A stretch of 64,000 bases of DNA. It comes from Candidatus Marinacidobacterales bacterium (GTDB lineage Bacteria; Acidobacteriota; Vicinamibacteria; Marinacidobacterales; SMYC01). Where the stretch lies: positions 2,560,001 through 2,624,000 of the forward strand of contig OZ250169.1 in assembly GCA_965237955.1 (NCBI GenBank), read 5' to 3'. Below, one piece after another: positions 27,598 through 37,820 of the stretch. The position numbers were made by a program, and so were the translations under genes. The notes under the pieces are model-generated. The model was not told the origin of the DNA. It ran no database searches and worked only from the letters and a program-made list of their open reading frames with translations. Each line of letters starts with the position of its first letter. Positions within the stretch are counted from its first letter, which is position 1.

Positions 27598-30228
27598 TCA
27601 GATCACGCCTTTGGCGACGGCGACGGCCTCTTGAAGCCCCATCCATACTAGAGAGACGACAAAAAGCGCGGTTATCGCCCTCCCCAGCCAACCTTTTTCC
27701 TGGAGCCAGCCGAGGGCGAGGCCGAGCCCGACCGCGATCACGGGGTAGGTGAAGTAGTGATGTTTCAGAAGGAAATTGAAGAGCACGTCGAGCGCGCTGA
27801 AGACGACGAGAATGCCCCCCCAGCTGTACAGGAGGACGCCCCGCTCGGCGCGCGCGAGGCTCAGCCCGACGAGCCCGATGAGCGGGACGAGGGGCGAGCC
27901 GAACGTGTACGCGAGCTTTCCCGGTTGGGAGGAGACGCGGGCGAGAACGTCGATCCCGGTATCCGACCCCGAGCCCCACAGGAGCGCCGGGAGCGAGTCG
28001 CGCACGAACGGAAGCGTCCAGTGGATGTAATACAGCAGGAACGAAACGACCCAGGCGACGACGATCAAGCTCGAAAGCCGCTTCGCGAGCTCGGGATAGC
28101 GCGCATACGACACAGCGCATGCGGCCACGAGCGTGAGCGAGGCGAACAGAAGCGAGCCCGTGTAAGAAACAAAGCAGAGGGAGACAAGCGCCAACGACCA
28201 CCCGAAGACGGCGCGCTCGCGAAGTTCGTCGATTTTGACGACGATGAACCCGAGTGCGAGCGTGGACGCCCACGTGCCGAAGAGCGTCATGAGATGACCG
28301 ATACCCAAGAGTTGAAATCCCGTCGGAACGAAGACGCTCGCGAATGCCGCGTACGCGCCCGCGCGCGCGGAGCCGATGCGCGTCGCCACCAGCGCTGTCG
28401 CGAGTGAGATCCCGAACAGAAGCGATGCGAGAACGAGCTTCGTGACCACGTGGAACCACAGACGGGGTAGTGCCGCGAACGGCGCCGCGAGAGTGTGGAA
28501 CAGGCACGAATGCGGGATGATCAAATGGTTCCATTGAGGCTGGCGGCTCAGCATGCTTCCGGGATACGGAAGGTAGTAGTGGAGGAACCGTCCTTGCCAG
28601 ATCTCTTCGGCGATATCCACGTGGAACCCGTAGTGGCCGCCGACATAGAGCGGTGATGCGAGCGCAGCGAACCACAGGGTGAAACCGCCGAGCGCGATCG
28701 AGACCGCGAGCGGCGAAAGCTCGGGGAGGAAATTCCTGCGTGCGGTGACGTCGACAAAACCTCGAGCCCCCGCGCCGAGGAACAACGTGGCGATGGCGCC
28801 GAGGAAGAGAGTCGGCAAGAACGGAATGGTGACCACCGGCTCGCGGACGAGTGCGGTCACGACAAAAACGGCGAAGATTGCGCCTGCCACGGTCGATCGG
28901 AGCGCCGCCGACACGAGCAACGTGGCGCCGAGGACGACGACGAGCGGCCGAAGCGCCGGGAAGCTTCCGCCGCGCTCGATTTCGACGCGCTCGATCCGAA
29001 GCACGGTCCCCGCGCCGAGACCCGGAAACGTGAGCACGTGCGCCGAGCGCCATCCCGTCGAGGACGCCGGGACCTTGAGCTCGTAGCGGGCCCAGTTGGG
29101 CGTGACCTCCGCCACGAGATTGCGACCTGCGGTGGTCACCAGGACGCCTGACGTACCTGACGTATTCGCCCCGGTGGCCGACGCGTGGATCGCGATCGTC
29201 CACGGACTACCCGAGCCGAAGTCTCTCAGATCGAGGGTTGCGCCGGCGCGAGCGAGCCGGAAGGTAATGTCGCCTTCGCGGTCGAGTGGGCCGAATCGGT
29301 GCGCGATCCCCGCCGTCGTGCCTGAACCGAGGTTGATCTCGACGTGCGGCGTCGAACGGTAGCCGGCCCAGACGCCCACGAGCGTGAGCGCCGCGAGGAC
29401 GGCAACCCGGCCGCGGGCGAGCCCCGAAACGTTTTCGACGAGCGAGCGCGCCGAGGCTTCGAGGACGTCGTTCGCGAATCGCGCCACCGATGGGGTCAAA
29501 AAGCGCACGAGCGTGAGTGCAACCAAAACCGCGGCGGCGACGGGAACGAGAAGTGTCGTGCTCGCGCGGGCAAAGGCGAACCCTCCGGCGAGGACGAGGC
29601 CTATCGCGCACGCGGCCACGAGCGGCTTCGAGTGCATCGTGGAGCGCGGGGGGCACGATAGGAACACGAGCGCGACGATGATGACGCTCAACAACAGCTG
29701 TCGTAGCGGTGGCGCCGTCCAGCCTGTCCAATCTGTCAGGCCGGGGAGTGTCAGCCGGACACGGTGGACGCGTACGCCGAGCGCGCGATCGTCGCCCGCG
29801 CCCGGCGAGAACGTTTCCGCGCGTAGACGGACGTCGACATCGGAGCTCCACCACCCGGACGTGCGCGCATCGAGCGAGTACCACTCGATGCCGCGGCGGG
29901 GGGGGCGGACTCTCACGCTCTCTCCCGCTACCTCGACGATGACGATGGGCGGCTGTGCACGCTCGGGAGCGGGCGGGCGAAAGCCAGAAAGCTCGAGCTC
30001 GACCACGGCGTCTCGGAACCCGCCCGGATCGCGGAAGACGATCCGGCTTTCCGCTCGGGTCCAACGATACCCCTGCTCGGTGTCATGGAAGTTCTCGATC
30101 GCGAGTGCACTCGGAAAGCTTCGGCCGAGGTCGAGCTCGACGACGGCAGGCAGTTGATAAGCGAGCGCGACCGACACCAGGGTCGAAAAGACGGCCGTGC
30201 CGCCTGCTTTCCACGAGCCGCGCATCAA
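27598..30228 (-). CDS. Large polytopic membrane protein, GT-C-like, with two extracytoplasmic beta domains
   Basis: 876 aa; ENFHDTEQGYRWT...DDRALGVRVHRV domain and a second similar domain; many TM segments; overlaps the GT2 gene. Confidence 0.7.
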   Translation of the reverse strand: MMRGSWKAGGTAVFSTLVSVALAYQLPAVVELDLGRSFPSALAIENFHDTEQGYRWTRAESRIVFRDPGGFRDAVVELELSGFRPPAPERAQPPIVIVEVAGESVRVRPPRRGIEWYSLDARTSGWWSSDVDVRLRAETFSPGAGDDRALGVRVHRVRLTLPGLTDWTGWTAPPLRQLLLSVIIVALVFLSCPPRSTMHSKPLVAACAIGLVLAGGFAFARASTTLLVPVAAAVLVALTLVRFLTPSVARFANDVLEASARSLVENVSGLARGRVAVLAALTLVGVWAGYRSTPHVEINLGSGTTAGIAHRFGPLDREGDITFRLARAGATLDLRDFGSGSPWTIAIHASATGANTSGTSGVLVTTAGRNLVAEVTPNWARYELKVPASSTGWRSAHVLTFPGLGAGTVLRIERVEIERGGSFPALRPLVVVLGATLLVSAALRSTVAGAIFAVFVVTALVREPVVTIPFLPTLFLGAIATLFLGAGARGFVDVTARRNFLPELSPLAVSIALGGFTLWFAALASPLYVGGHYGFHVDIAEEIWQGRFLHYYLPYPGSMLSRQPQWNHLIIPHSCLFHTLAAPFAALPRLWFHVVTKLVLASLLFGISLATALVATRIGSARAGAYAAFASVFVPTGFQLLGIGHLMTLFGTWASTLALGFIVVKIDELRERAVFGWSLALVSLCFVSYTGSLLFASLTLVAACAVSYARYPELAKRLSSLIVVAWVVSFLLYYIHWTLPFVRDSLPALLWGSGSDTGIDVLARVSSQPGKLAYTFGSPLVPLIGLVGLSLARAERGVLLYSWGGILVVFSALDVLFNFLLKHHYFTYPVIAVGLGLALGWLQEKGWLGRAITALFVVSLVWMGLQEAVAVAKGVI

Positions 30229-30959
30229 TCTCGCGCGGCGAGCTTGGTTTTATTGGAGTGGAACAGCCTGAGCTTGGCCCAGAGTTTCAAGAGGGCGAGA
30301 AACGTGCGGGGCACATCAATAGGGCGGACCGTCGACTTTCCCGCTGTTCGCGGGTAGTGCCGCACTCCGGTTTGACTGTAGCGGTAGCCCGCGCGGTGGA
30401 GCTGGACGACGATCTCGGTGTCGATGAAAAATTGATCTTCCTCGAGGTGGAGCGAGGTCAGTGCCTCACGGCGAAAGAGCTTGAACGAGCAGTTCAAGTC
30501 TCGGACGTCCATCCCGAACGCGAACGACGCGAGGGCGTTGTACCCGTTCGAGACCATCAGGCGAAACGCACCATCCTGACGCCCGACCCGATAGCCGAGG
30601 AGGGCATCGACGCCCTCCATTGCCGGCAAGAAGCGCTCGAGCTCGCGGAGATCGAACTGGTTGTCGGCATCGGTGTAGAAAATGTATCGCCCCCGCGCCG
30701 CGGTGAACCCTCGACGGAGCGCGACCCCGAATCCGAGATTCCTCGGGTGGGTGACGACATTCAAGCGCTCGCCGAACTCTTCGCCGAGGCGTTTCAGGAT
30801 CGCCGGCGTTTCGTCGCGACTGCCATCGTCGACCACGACGAGCTCATAGTCGTCGACGAGGGGTGCGACCGCCTCCGCCGAGCTTCGGACGGCGCGCTCG
30901 ATGCTGCCTTGTTCGTTGAAGGCAGGCAACACGACCGACAGGGCTGGGGTAGAGGCCAT
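30225..30959 (-). CDS. GT2 glycosyltransferase (polyprenol-phosphate sugar synthase-like)
   Basis: SVVLPAFNE, VVDDGSRDET, NLGFGVALRRG, YTDADNQFD, DLNCSFKLFRR. Confidence 0.92.
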   Translation of the reverse strand: MASTPALSVVLPAFNEQGSIERAVRSSAEAVAPLVDDYELVVVDDGSRDETPAILKRLGEEFGERLNVVTHPRNLGFGVALRRGFTAARGRYIFYTDADNQFDLRELERFLPAMEGVDALLGYRVGRQDGAFRLMVSNGYNALASFAFGMDVRDLNCSFKLFRREALTSLHLEEDQFFIDTEIVVQLHRAGYRYSQTGVRHYPRTAGKSTVRPIDVPRTFLALLKLWAKLRLFHSNKTKLAARD

Positions 30960-31064
30960 GAGACCGCAAGATCTTAGCCCCGATCGCAAACAAAATCGAG
31001 CGCCACCCTGGCCAAAAGTTTTCGCGATCGGGGTTAGCAAAGATGATCGTCGGCGAAAAGCCGA

Positions 31065-31358
31065 CTACTTCGACGATCCCGAGGTGCCGGCTTTCTCTTT
31101 TTTTTTCTTCTTCGACGACTTCGCGGAGCTTTCTGAACTGGCTGACTTCTCCGACTCGGACGACTCCTCGCGCGAGCCCTTCTTCGCGTAGTCGGTGACG
31201 TACCAGCCGGTTCCCTTGAATTGAATCGCGGGAGAAGAGATGAGCCTTTCGACCTTCCCCTTGCACTTCTCGCACTTTTTCAGCGGCGCATCGGCGATTT
31301 TCTGGATGACCTCGAAGCGGTGCCCGCATTTGCGGCACTCATACTCGTAAATAGGCAC
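31065..31358 (-). CDS. FmdB-family zinc-ribbon protein
   Basis: MPIYEYECRKCGHRFE...CEKC...FKGTGWYVTDY with a Ser/Lys-rich tail. Confidence 0.92.
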   Translation of the reverse strand: MPIYEYECRKCGHRFEVIQKIADAPLKKCEKCKGKVERLISSPAIQFKGTGWYVTDYAKKGSREESSESEKSASSESSAKSSKKKKKEKAGTSGSSK

Positions 31359-31480
31359 GAAACCAGTTAAGCAGAAATTACGATCCGGATCAACAAAACC
31401 TGCTTGGCTGCCCCTACCGGCGCGCTGGTGAAGCGCACGCCTCCGATGTAGTACAAAGGATCGATCTCAGGAGGATTTCC

Positions 31481-31718
31481 ATACGTTTGCTTGGTAGGTT
31501 TCTCTCGTTGGCACTCGCCGTCGGCCCGTCTGTCGCCGCGGCCCAGCCCGCCCAACGGATGTGGATCGGCCAGCGTGAAGTGTACGAGGAATGGCTTCAA
31601 AGGGCGGAAATTCAAGAGATGAAAGACGTTGGCGAGGGGGTGACGAAAGCGACGCGAGTGACGTTGAAACAGGGCGACAGTTGACGAGCGCGGCGAAGTG
31701 CGGGTGATGTTCAACTGA
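31481..31718 (+). pseudogene. Remnant of a secreted hypothetical protein (start codon ATA, internal deletion)
   Basis: GGAGGA, 5 nt, then ATA CGT TTG in frame with a signal peptide and ...YEEWLQRAEIQEMKDVGEGVTKATRV; joins out of frame at ~31680 to VDERGEVRVMFN*. Confidence 0.65.
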
Positions 31719-31741
31719 TTGGGAGCGGGTCGGGAAATCGG

Positions 31742-31770
31742 TTGACGCCGGCCGCCGACGGAGCTATAAA
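31742..31770 (+). promoter_or_regulatory. sigma70 promoter of the trp operon
   Basis: TTGACG-17 bp-TATAAA, 14 nt before the leader peptide ATG. Confidence 0.75.
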
Positions 31771-31784
31771 TTGGGGTAGGAATC

Positions 31785-31838
31785 ATGTTCATTCGCACTC
31801 GTTCAGCCCGAGACCGCTTTTGGTGGTCGTCCGGCTGA
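31785..31838 (+). CDS. trpL: trp operon leader peptide MFIRTRSARDRFWWSSG
   Basis: 17-codon ORF with tandem TGG TGG (31821-31826) between the promoter and the attenuator; not in the ORF track. Confidence 0.88.
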   Translation: MFIRTRSARDRFWWSSG

Positions 31839-31868
31839 ACGGGGTGCTCTTCCTTTCGTTCTAAATCG

Positions 31869-31912
31869 ACGAAAAGAGGCAACCCGTTGGGGGCTTGCCT
31901 CATTTTCGTTTT
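31869..31912 (+). terminator. trp attenuator terminator
   Basis: GAGGCAACCC-GTTG-GGGGCTTGCCTC followed by ATTTTCGTTTT; CTCTTCCTTTCGTT (31847-31860) can pair with its 5' side as an antiterminator. Confidence 0.8.
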
Positions 31913-31954
31913 ACGGGGCGCCTCCCACGAGAAAGGAGACGAGGGCTTCGTAAA

Positions 31955-33526
31955 ATGACCGCGGTTCGGTTTTCTGCCAGGAGGCGTATCAGCACGCTGA
32001 ATGCGAGCGCGTGCCGCTCGCCGCTCGCCGTCTTTCAAGACCTTACTGCCCGGGCGGCCGCGGAAGGTTCGCGAGGTTCCGTGCTCATGGAAAGCGCGGC
32101 CCAAGGAAGCCCCGGCGGAACGAGAAGTCTCGTCGTCCCTGCTGGTGTCGTGCGGCTTATCGCCCGCGGTCGCGACGTCAGCTTCGACGCGCTGTCCCCA
32201 CAAGGAGCGCGACTTCTCCCCGCGCTCGGTGGGCTATCGCGGTTCCCCCGCGGCGTGGGCGCGCCGTCGCTGCCGGACGACGAACGACTCCGAGTGCCCA
32301 CGGTTCTCGATGCGGTACGCGCGCTCGCGAATCTCGTCGAGGACGAAGAGCCGAAAGCGGCCTTGCCGCCAGGTGTCTACGGCGCGTTTTCTTACGAGCT
32401 CGTCGACTGCTGGGAAGATCTGCCTCCCCGTCCCGCGGATCCTTGGCACGAGCCAGACATCAACGTCGTCCTCGCACTCGATACAATTCTCTTTGACCAC
32501 TTGGCCGGGCACGTCCACGTGGTCACGCGCTCTTTGGATCGGTCGGAGGACGCTCTCCGTGACCAGCGGCACCAACGGTTCGTCGAAGCGCTGACGACGG
32601 GCGCGCCCTCCACGAAAAACGACATGCCGCTTCCCCGAGTCTCCGACCAACCGGCAACGCCCGACGTCAGTGACGAAGAGTTTCTTCGGTCGGTCGAGAA
32701 GTTCCTCCACCACATCGGGCGCGGTGACATCTTCCAGGGAGTTTTGTCGCGCGGTCTCGAAATGGAGAGCCGAGTTGACCCGCTCGCAGTGTACCGGGTG
32801 CTGCGAAAGCAGAACCCATCGCCCTACATGTTCCACGTCGACCTGGGAGACGGCATCCTCCTCGGTGCATCGCCGGAGACATGCATTAAAGTCGAAGGCC
32901 GCCGGCTCGAGATCCGCCCCATCGCGGGGACGGCCCCGCGGGGGTTTTCGGAAGACGGCACCCCAAACGGTACTATCCCTGGCTCAATCGATGCCGAGCT
33001 CGATTCGCGGCTTGCCGTAGGGCTCCTCCTCGACACCAAAGAACAAGCAGAGCACGCGATGCTCGTGGACCTCGCACGGAACGACGTCGCCCGGGTCGCG
33101 ATTCCCGGAACACGCCGCGTCGCCGAACCGTTTAGCATCGAGAAGTACAGCCATGTGCAACACCTCGTGAGCGCTGTGTTCGGCGAGCTTCGCCCCGAGC
33201 TCGACGCTCTCCATGCCTACCGCGCGGCGGCGAACATGGGAACGCTCACGGGAGCACCCAAGCTCCGGGCGATGGAGCTCATCCGCGAGACCGAGCCCTA
33301 CGCGCGCGGGTTCTACGGAGGTGCAGTGGGCTATCTGCTCCAGGACGGAAGCTTCGATAGCTGTATCGTGATCCGCTCGCTTCGCTACCGACCGCAAGGC
33401 ACCTACTCGACGCGCGCCGGGGCCGGTATCGTGGCGGATAGCATTCCCGAGCGAGAGCTCGAAGAGACCGCTCACAAAGCTCGCGCGTGCCGGCAAGCGG
33501 TGGCGATCGCCGAGGCGTGCTCATGA
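31955..33526 (+). CDS. trpE: Anthranilate synthase component I
   Basis: LMES feedback motif, GDIFQGV, NPSPYMF, PIAGT, EHAMLVDLARND, NMGTLTGAPKLRAM. Confidence 0.95.
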   Translation: MTAVRFSARRRISTLNASACRSPLAVFQDLTARAAAEGSRGSVLMESAAQGSPGGTRSLVVPAGVVRLIARGRDVSFDALSPQGARLLPALGGLSRFPRGVGAPSLPDDERLRVPTVLDAVRALANLVEDEEPKAALPPGVYGAFSYELVDCWEDLPPRPADPWHEPDINVVLALDTILFDHLAGHVHVVTRSLDRSEDALRDQRHQRFVEALTTGAPSTKNDMPLPRVSDQPATPDVSDEEFLRSVEKFLHHIGRGDIFQGVLSRGLEMESRVDPLAVYRVLRKQNPSPYMFHVDLGDGILLGASPETCIKVEGRRLEIRPIAGTAPRGFSEDGTPNGTIPGSIDAELDSRLAVGLLLDTKEQAEHAMLVDLARNDVARVAIPGTRRVAEPFSIEKYSHVQHLVSAVFGELRPELDALHAYRAAANMGTLTGAPKLRAMELIRETEPYARGFYGGAVGYLLQDGSFDSCIVIRSLRYRPQGTYSTRAGAGIVADSIPERELEETAHKARACRQAVAIAEACS

Positions 33527-34140
33527 GCTTGGCCGGAGGACGCGTGCTCGTGCTCGATAACCGCGACAGCTTCGTCTTCAATCTCGTCGACGAGTTCGCA
33601 TCACGGGGCTCGGCGACGCGCACGCTTCGAAGTAACCTCGCGCTTGCTGCGTTTCAGCATGCGCTCATCGATTTCGATCCGCACCTTGTCGTGCTGTCAC
33701 CAGGTCCGGGACGGCCCGAGGACGCGGGGGTGATGGTCGAATGGCTCCGTAGCGAACCGGATGTTCCCGTGCTCGGCATTTGTCTCGGTCATCAAGCGTT
33801 GGCGGTGGCGGCCGGCGGTGTCGTTTCTCGCGCGCCTCGCCCTGTTCACGGGCAAAAGAGTCTCATCGACATGACTCCCGACGAGCCGCTGTTCGAAGGG
33901 CTCGGGTCGACGTTGACCGCGGGCCGCTATCACAGCTTGGTCGTGACCGAAGTTCCGGAATCGATGAAGGTGATCGCGTCGACGAGAGACCGTGGCGAGA
34001 CGTTGGTGATGGCTTTACGGCATCGCCACCGGTGTCAGCTCGGGCTCCAGTTCCACCCGGAATCCATTCTGACGCCGTTGGGACGCAAACTACTCTGGCG
34101 TTTTTTCGACGAAGCCTATGGCTATGGAGACACACGATGA
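33523..34140 (+). CDS. trpG: Anthranilate synthase component II (glutamine amidotransferase)
   Basis: DNRDSFVFNL, SPGPGRP, GICLGHQ, RYHSL, QFHPESIL; ATGA overlap. Confidence 0.95.
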   Translation: MSLAGGRVLVLDNRDSFVFNLVDEFASRGSATRTLRSNLALAAFQHALIDFDPHLVVLSPGPGRPEDAGVMVEWLRSEPDVPVLGICLGHQALAVAAGGVVSRAPRPVHGQKSLIDMTPDEPLFEGLGSTLTAGRYHSLVVTEVPESMKVIASTRDRGETLVMALRHRHRCQLGLQFHPESILTPLGRKLLWRFFDEAYGYGDTR

Positions 34141-35186
34141 TACCGGAATTGATCGAGAGACTTCTCGGGGGTGAGTCCGCCGATCCGAAAGCCCTCGAAG
34201 ATGCGTTGCACCGCATCATGATGGGTGAAGTGCCGCAGCTGCAGACCGCGGGACTCCTCGTGGCGCTTCGAGTTCGAGAGCCGGACGCACCCACCCTCGC
34301 GGCCTGTGCTCGCGCCATGCGGGCGCACCGACTGGCGGTGCAAACCGAAGTGCAGCCGTTGATCGACACATGCGGTACCGGGGGCGATCGCACCGGGAGC
34401 TTCAATATTTCGACCGCGGCTGCACTCGTCGTCGCCGCTTGCGGAGGCGCCGTCGCCAAGCATGGGAACCGAAGTGTCTCGTCGAAGGCCGGAAGCGCGG
34501 ACGTGTTGGAAGCGAGTGGCGCGGTGTTGAGCCTCGGACCGAAGGAAGTCAGCACTTGCCTCGACTCGACCGGGTTTGCGTTTCTCTTCGCTCCCGTGTT
34601 CCATCCGGCGATGGCGAATGTCGCACCCGTCCGGAAAGCGCTCGGGGTACGCACGTTGTTCAACTTGCTCGGCCCTCTTGCGAACCCGGCACTCGCCCAG
34701 CGCCAACTCATGGGCGTGTACGACCCGAGCATGACTAAAGTGATGGCAGAGGCTCTCTTGGAGCTCGGAACCGAAAGTTCTCTCGTCATCCACTGCGAAG
34801 GGCTCGACGAGCTCGGTCTTCATGGCGTCACCCGGGGGCATTTTGTGAACGACGGTAAGGTAGAAGCGTTCATGCTTGATCCCAAGGAGCTCGACCTCGA
34901 GCGGGCCGGCATCGATGCGCTTTCGGGGGGCGAGGCGGAGGAGAACAAGACGATCCTCGAGGCGGTGCTGAACGGAGAGGAGGGTCCGAAAGCGGATGTC
35001 GTCGCTTTGAACGCGGCGGCCGCGCTCGGGGTTGGAGGATTGACGCGCGATCTCGCCGAAGGTCTCGACGTCGCCCGGGACGTCCTGAAAAACGGGGGCG
35101 CTTGGCGGGTTCTGACTCGCTACACCGAGACCAGTCAACGACTCGCCGCGGGAGCGCCGGGAAACGCTGAAAACGGGAAGAGCTGA
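34137..35186 (+). CDS. trpD: Anthranilate phosphoribosyltransferase
   Basis: DTCGTGGD, FNISTAA, KHGNRSVSSKAGSADVLE, RTLFNLLGPLANP. Confidence 0.96.
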   Translation: MIPELIERLLGGESADPKALEDALHRIMMGEVPQLQTAGLLVALRVREPDAPTLAACARAMRAHRLAVQTEVQPLIDTCGTGGDRTGSFNISTAAALVVAACGGAVAKHGNRSVSSKAGSADVLEASGAVLSLGPKEVSTCLDSTGFAFLFAPVFHPAMANVAPVRKALGVRTLFNLLGPLANPALAQRQLMGVYDPSMTKVMAEALLELGTESSLVIHCEGLDELGLHGVTRGHFVNDGKVEAFMLDPKELDLERAGIDALSGGEAEENKTILEAVLNGEEGPKADVVALNAAAALGVGGLTRDLAEGLDVARDVLKNGGAWRVLTRYTETSQRLAAGAPGNAENGKS

Positions 35187-36004
35187 TGGGACTCCCTGGA
35201 CATATCGACGAGCTCATCCGAAGCGCACGCGAGCGCGCCCGGAAGCTTCCCGAGCGTATGCCAAAAGCTCGGCCCGAGCGCCCGAGCTTCATCGAAGCGG
35301 TTCGAGGAAAGGCGAAGCTCGATGTCATCGCGGAGTACAAGCAGAAGAGCCCGAGTCTCGGCGACATCGCGGAGCGTAGTTTGACCGAGCAGGTCGGCCG
35401 CTATGAGAAAGCAGGAGCGGCTGCACTCAGCGTGCTCACCGAGCCGACGCGCTTTAAAGGCTCCTACCACGACCTCGAAACCGCGACCGAGACCGTCGCC
35501 CTTCCGGTGCTCATGAAGGATTTCGTCGTCGATCCCGCTCAAGTACGCGAAGCGGCGTATCTCGGAGCGAGTGCGGTGCTTTTCATCGTGCGATGCCTGT
35601 CGCCGGTCGAGCTCTCCGAGCTCGCGCACGCCGCGAGCGAGCTCGGCCTCACGCCGCTCGTCGAGTGCCACGACGCGAGCGAGATCGAAAGCGCTCTCGA
35701 CATCGAAAGCGCCGTCATCGGTGTCAACAATCGCGACCTCGACACCCTCGAGATCGATCGCGACCTCGCAACCCGGCTTCTCTCCGAAGTTCCCGACGAT
35801 CGGGTCGTCGTCGCCGAGAGCGGTTATCTCACCGCGGACGACGTTCGGGACGTACGCGGTGTGGCCGATGCCGTCCTCATCGGCTCGGCCCTGATGAAGC
35901 TCGACGATCCTGCGCTGCTCATCGAGCAGGTCATTCATGCCGGGCATGCCCGTCATGCCCGTCATGAATATCCCGACGGCTCGGGGCAAGAGGGTCGATC
36001 GTGA
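35186..36004 (+). CDS. trpC: Indole-3-glycerol phosphate synthase
   Basis: IAEYKQKSPS, SVLTEP, KDF, IGVNNRDL, AESG, VLIGSALM. Confidence 0.95.
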   Translation: MGLPGHIDELIRSARERARKLPERMPKARPERPSFIEAVRGKAKLDVIAEYKQKSPSLGDIAERSLTEQVGRYEKAGAAALSVLTEPTRFKGSYHDLETATETVALPVLMKDFVVDPAQVREAAYLGASAVLFIVRCLSPVELSELAHAASELGLTPLVECHDASEIESALDIESAVIGVNNRDLDTLEIDRDLATRLLSEVPDDRVVVAESGYLTADDVRDVRGVADAVLIGSALMKLDDPALLIEQVIHAGHARHARHEYPDGSGQEGRS

Positions 36005-36606
36005 AGCCACTCATCAAGATATGTGGACTGACGCGTCCCGAGGATGCACGCCTCGCGGTCGCTCTCGGAGCGACTCACATCGGCGCGGTGCGAACCGAAT
36101 CCTCACCCCGATGGGTGAGTGCGGCGCATGCGCGCGACGTTTTCGCCGCGGCAGAGGGAAAAGCGGAAACCGTGTTCGTCTTCAAAGATATTCCCGTGCG
36201 ACAAGTGATCGAAGATGCGAAGGTGTCGGGTGCGAGGGGCGTTCAACTCTACGACGCGAGCGACGACGACGTGCGCGCGCTCGCCTCGGAGGGATATCGC
36301 GTGTATCGGGTGTACCGGATGGAACAAGACTCGTCGAGCTTGCCGCGATTCGAACGCCCCCCCAACGAGGCCCAACCCGCGTTGCTCGACGTCGGCGGGG
36401 GTGGATCAGGACGCCGTTTCGACTGGACGCTCTTGGGTGAGCGGGCTCCACGGGCGACGTTCATCGCGGGCGGCATTCGCCCCGATAACGTCCGCGCGCT
36501 CTTGAAACACCGGCCGTACGGCATCGATCTCGCGAGCGGCGTCGAGAGTGCGCCTGGCGTAAAAGACGGGACCAAACTTAGAGCGCTCTTCGAGGAGGTG
36601 TCGTGA
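36001..36606 (+). CDS. trpF: Phosphoribosylanthranilate isomerase
   Basis: [40 protein letters not shown]. Confidence 0.95.
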   Translation: MKPLIKICGLTRPEDARLAVALGATHIGAVRTESSPRWVSAAHARDVFAAAEGKAETVFVFKDIPVRQVIEDAKVSGARGVQLYDASDDDVRALASEGYRVYRVYRMEQDSSSLPRFERPPNEAQPALLDVGGGGSGRRFDWTLLGERAPRATFIAGGIRPDNVRALLKHRPYGIDLASGVESAPGVKDGTKLRALFEEVS

Positions 36607-37820
36607 TGGCGAGCGCGAGAGCAAGCTCAGTCCTACCGCGCATCGGCGCGTTTGGTGAATACGGCGGCCGCTATGTACCGGAGCTCCTCGTGCCCGCGCT
36701 GGTCGAGCTCGAGCGGGCGAGAAAAGAGATCGTGCCGAGCCGCGAATTCAAGAAAGCACTCACCGAATTGCTCGACCAGTGGGCGGGACGCCCTACGCCT
36801 CTGACGAGCGCGCCTCGGTTTTCCGAAGCGTGCGAGCTCGACGTAATCATGAAGCGGGAAGACCTCCTTCACGGCGGCGCCCACAAGACCAACAATGTCG
36901 CCGGCCAGGCGCTCATGACGAAGTTCATGGGAAAGCGCCGCGTCATTGCCGAGACCGGTGCCGGACAACACGGGACCGCCACCGCGATGGCGGCAGCGCG
37001 GCTCGGTCTCGACGCCGTCGTCTACATGGGCGAGAAGGACATGGAACGCCAGGCGCCGAACGTGAAACGCATGGAGTTGTGCGGCGCCGAGGTTATCCCC
37101 GTCCGTAGCGGCGCACGCACATTGAAGGACGCCATCAACGAGGCACTTCGAGACTGGACCGAGAATGTCGAGTCGACGCACTACCTTCTCGGCACCGTCT
37201 GTGGGCCTCATCCGTTCCCTCGACTCGTCCGCGATTTTCAGGCGGTCATTGGGCGCGAGGCGATGCCGCAATGGAAAAAGCTCAAAGGTGGGCTTCCCGA
37301 CGCGGTGATCGCGTGCGTGGGGGGCGGCAGCAACGCCATGGGGATCTTCCATGCGTTTGTTCCCAAAAAGCGCGTTCAGCTCATCGGCGTGGAGCCGGGC
37401 GGGCGTGGGATCGACACTGGACGCCACGGCGCGACACTCGTGGCCGGTACCGCTGGTCTCCTCCACGGAGCGCGCACGAGCGTCCTCCAAGACGACGAAG
37501 GTCAAATCCTCGAGGCCCACAGTGTTTCCGCCGGGCTCGACTATCCCGGCGTGGGACCGGAGCACGCTTACTTGCGGGATACGGGCCGGGCCCGCTATCT
37601 CGCCATCAACGATGACGAAGCGCTCGACGCCTTCGAGAAACTCTCCGAGCTCGAAGGGATCATCCCGGCGTTCGAGCCCGCGCACGCTCTCGCGTTCTTG
37701 TTGAAGGCGGTCCGAGAGCGAGAGCTTCCGCCGAGCGCGCGCGTTCTCATGAACCTTTGTGGGCGTGGGGACAAAGACCTAGACAACTACTTGGAGCACT
37801 ACGCGCGGAGGAACGCATGA
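36606..37820 (+). CDS. trpB: Tryptophan synthase beta chain
   Basis: [47 protein letters not shown]. Confidence 0.97.
   Translation: MASARASSVLPRIGAFGEYGGRYVPELLVPALVELERARKEIVPSREFKKALTELLDQWAGRPTPLTSAPRFSEACELDVIMKREDLLHGGAHKTNNVAGQALMTKFMGKRRVIAETGAGQHGTATAMAAARLGLDAVVYMGEKDMERQAPNVKRMELCGAEVIPVRSGARTLKDAINEALRDWTENVESTHYLLGTVCGPHPFPRLVRDFQAVIGREAMPQWKKLKGGLPDAVIACVGGGSNAMGIFHAFVPKKRVQLIGVEPGGRGIDTGRHGATLVAGTAGLLHGARTSVLQDDEGQILEAHSVSAGLDYPGVGPEHAYLRDTGRARYLAINDDEALDAFEKLSELEGIIPAFEPAHALAFLLKAVRERELPPSARVLMNLCGRGDKDLDNYLEHYARRNA

Noticed and set aside
27077-29203. 708-aa ORF and other long alternative-frame or antisense ORFs (e.g. 20970-22457, 58342-59658, 46796-47995)
   Set aside because: They overlap well-supported genes, lack recognisable motifs, and are expected shadows in GC-rich DNA.
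35936-35967. 9-bp tandem repeat CATGCCCGT in trpC
   Set aside because: An in-frame HAG-HAR-HAR expansion in a non-conserved tail, with no inverted partner.
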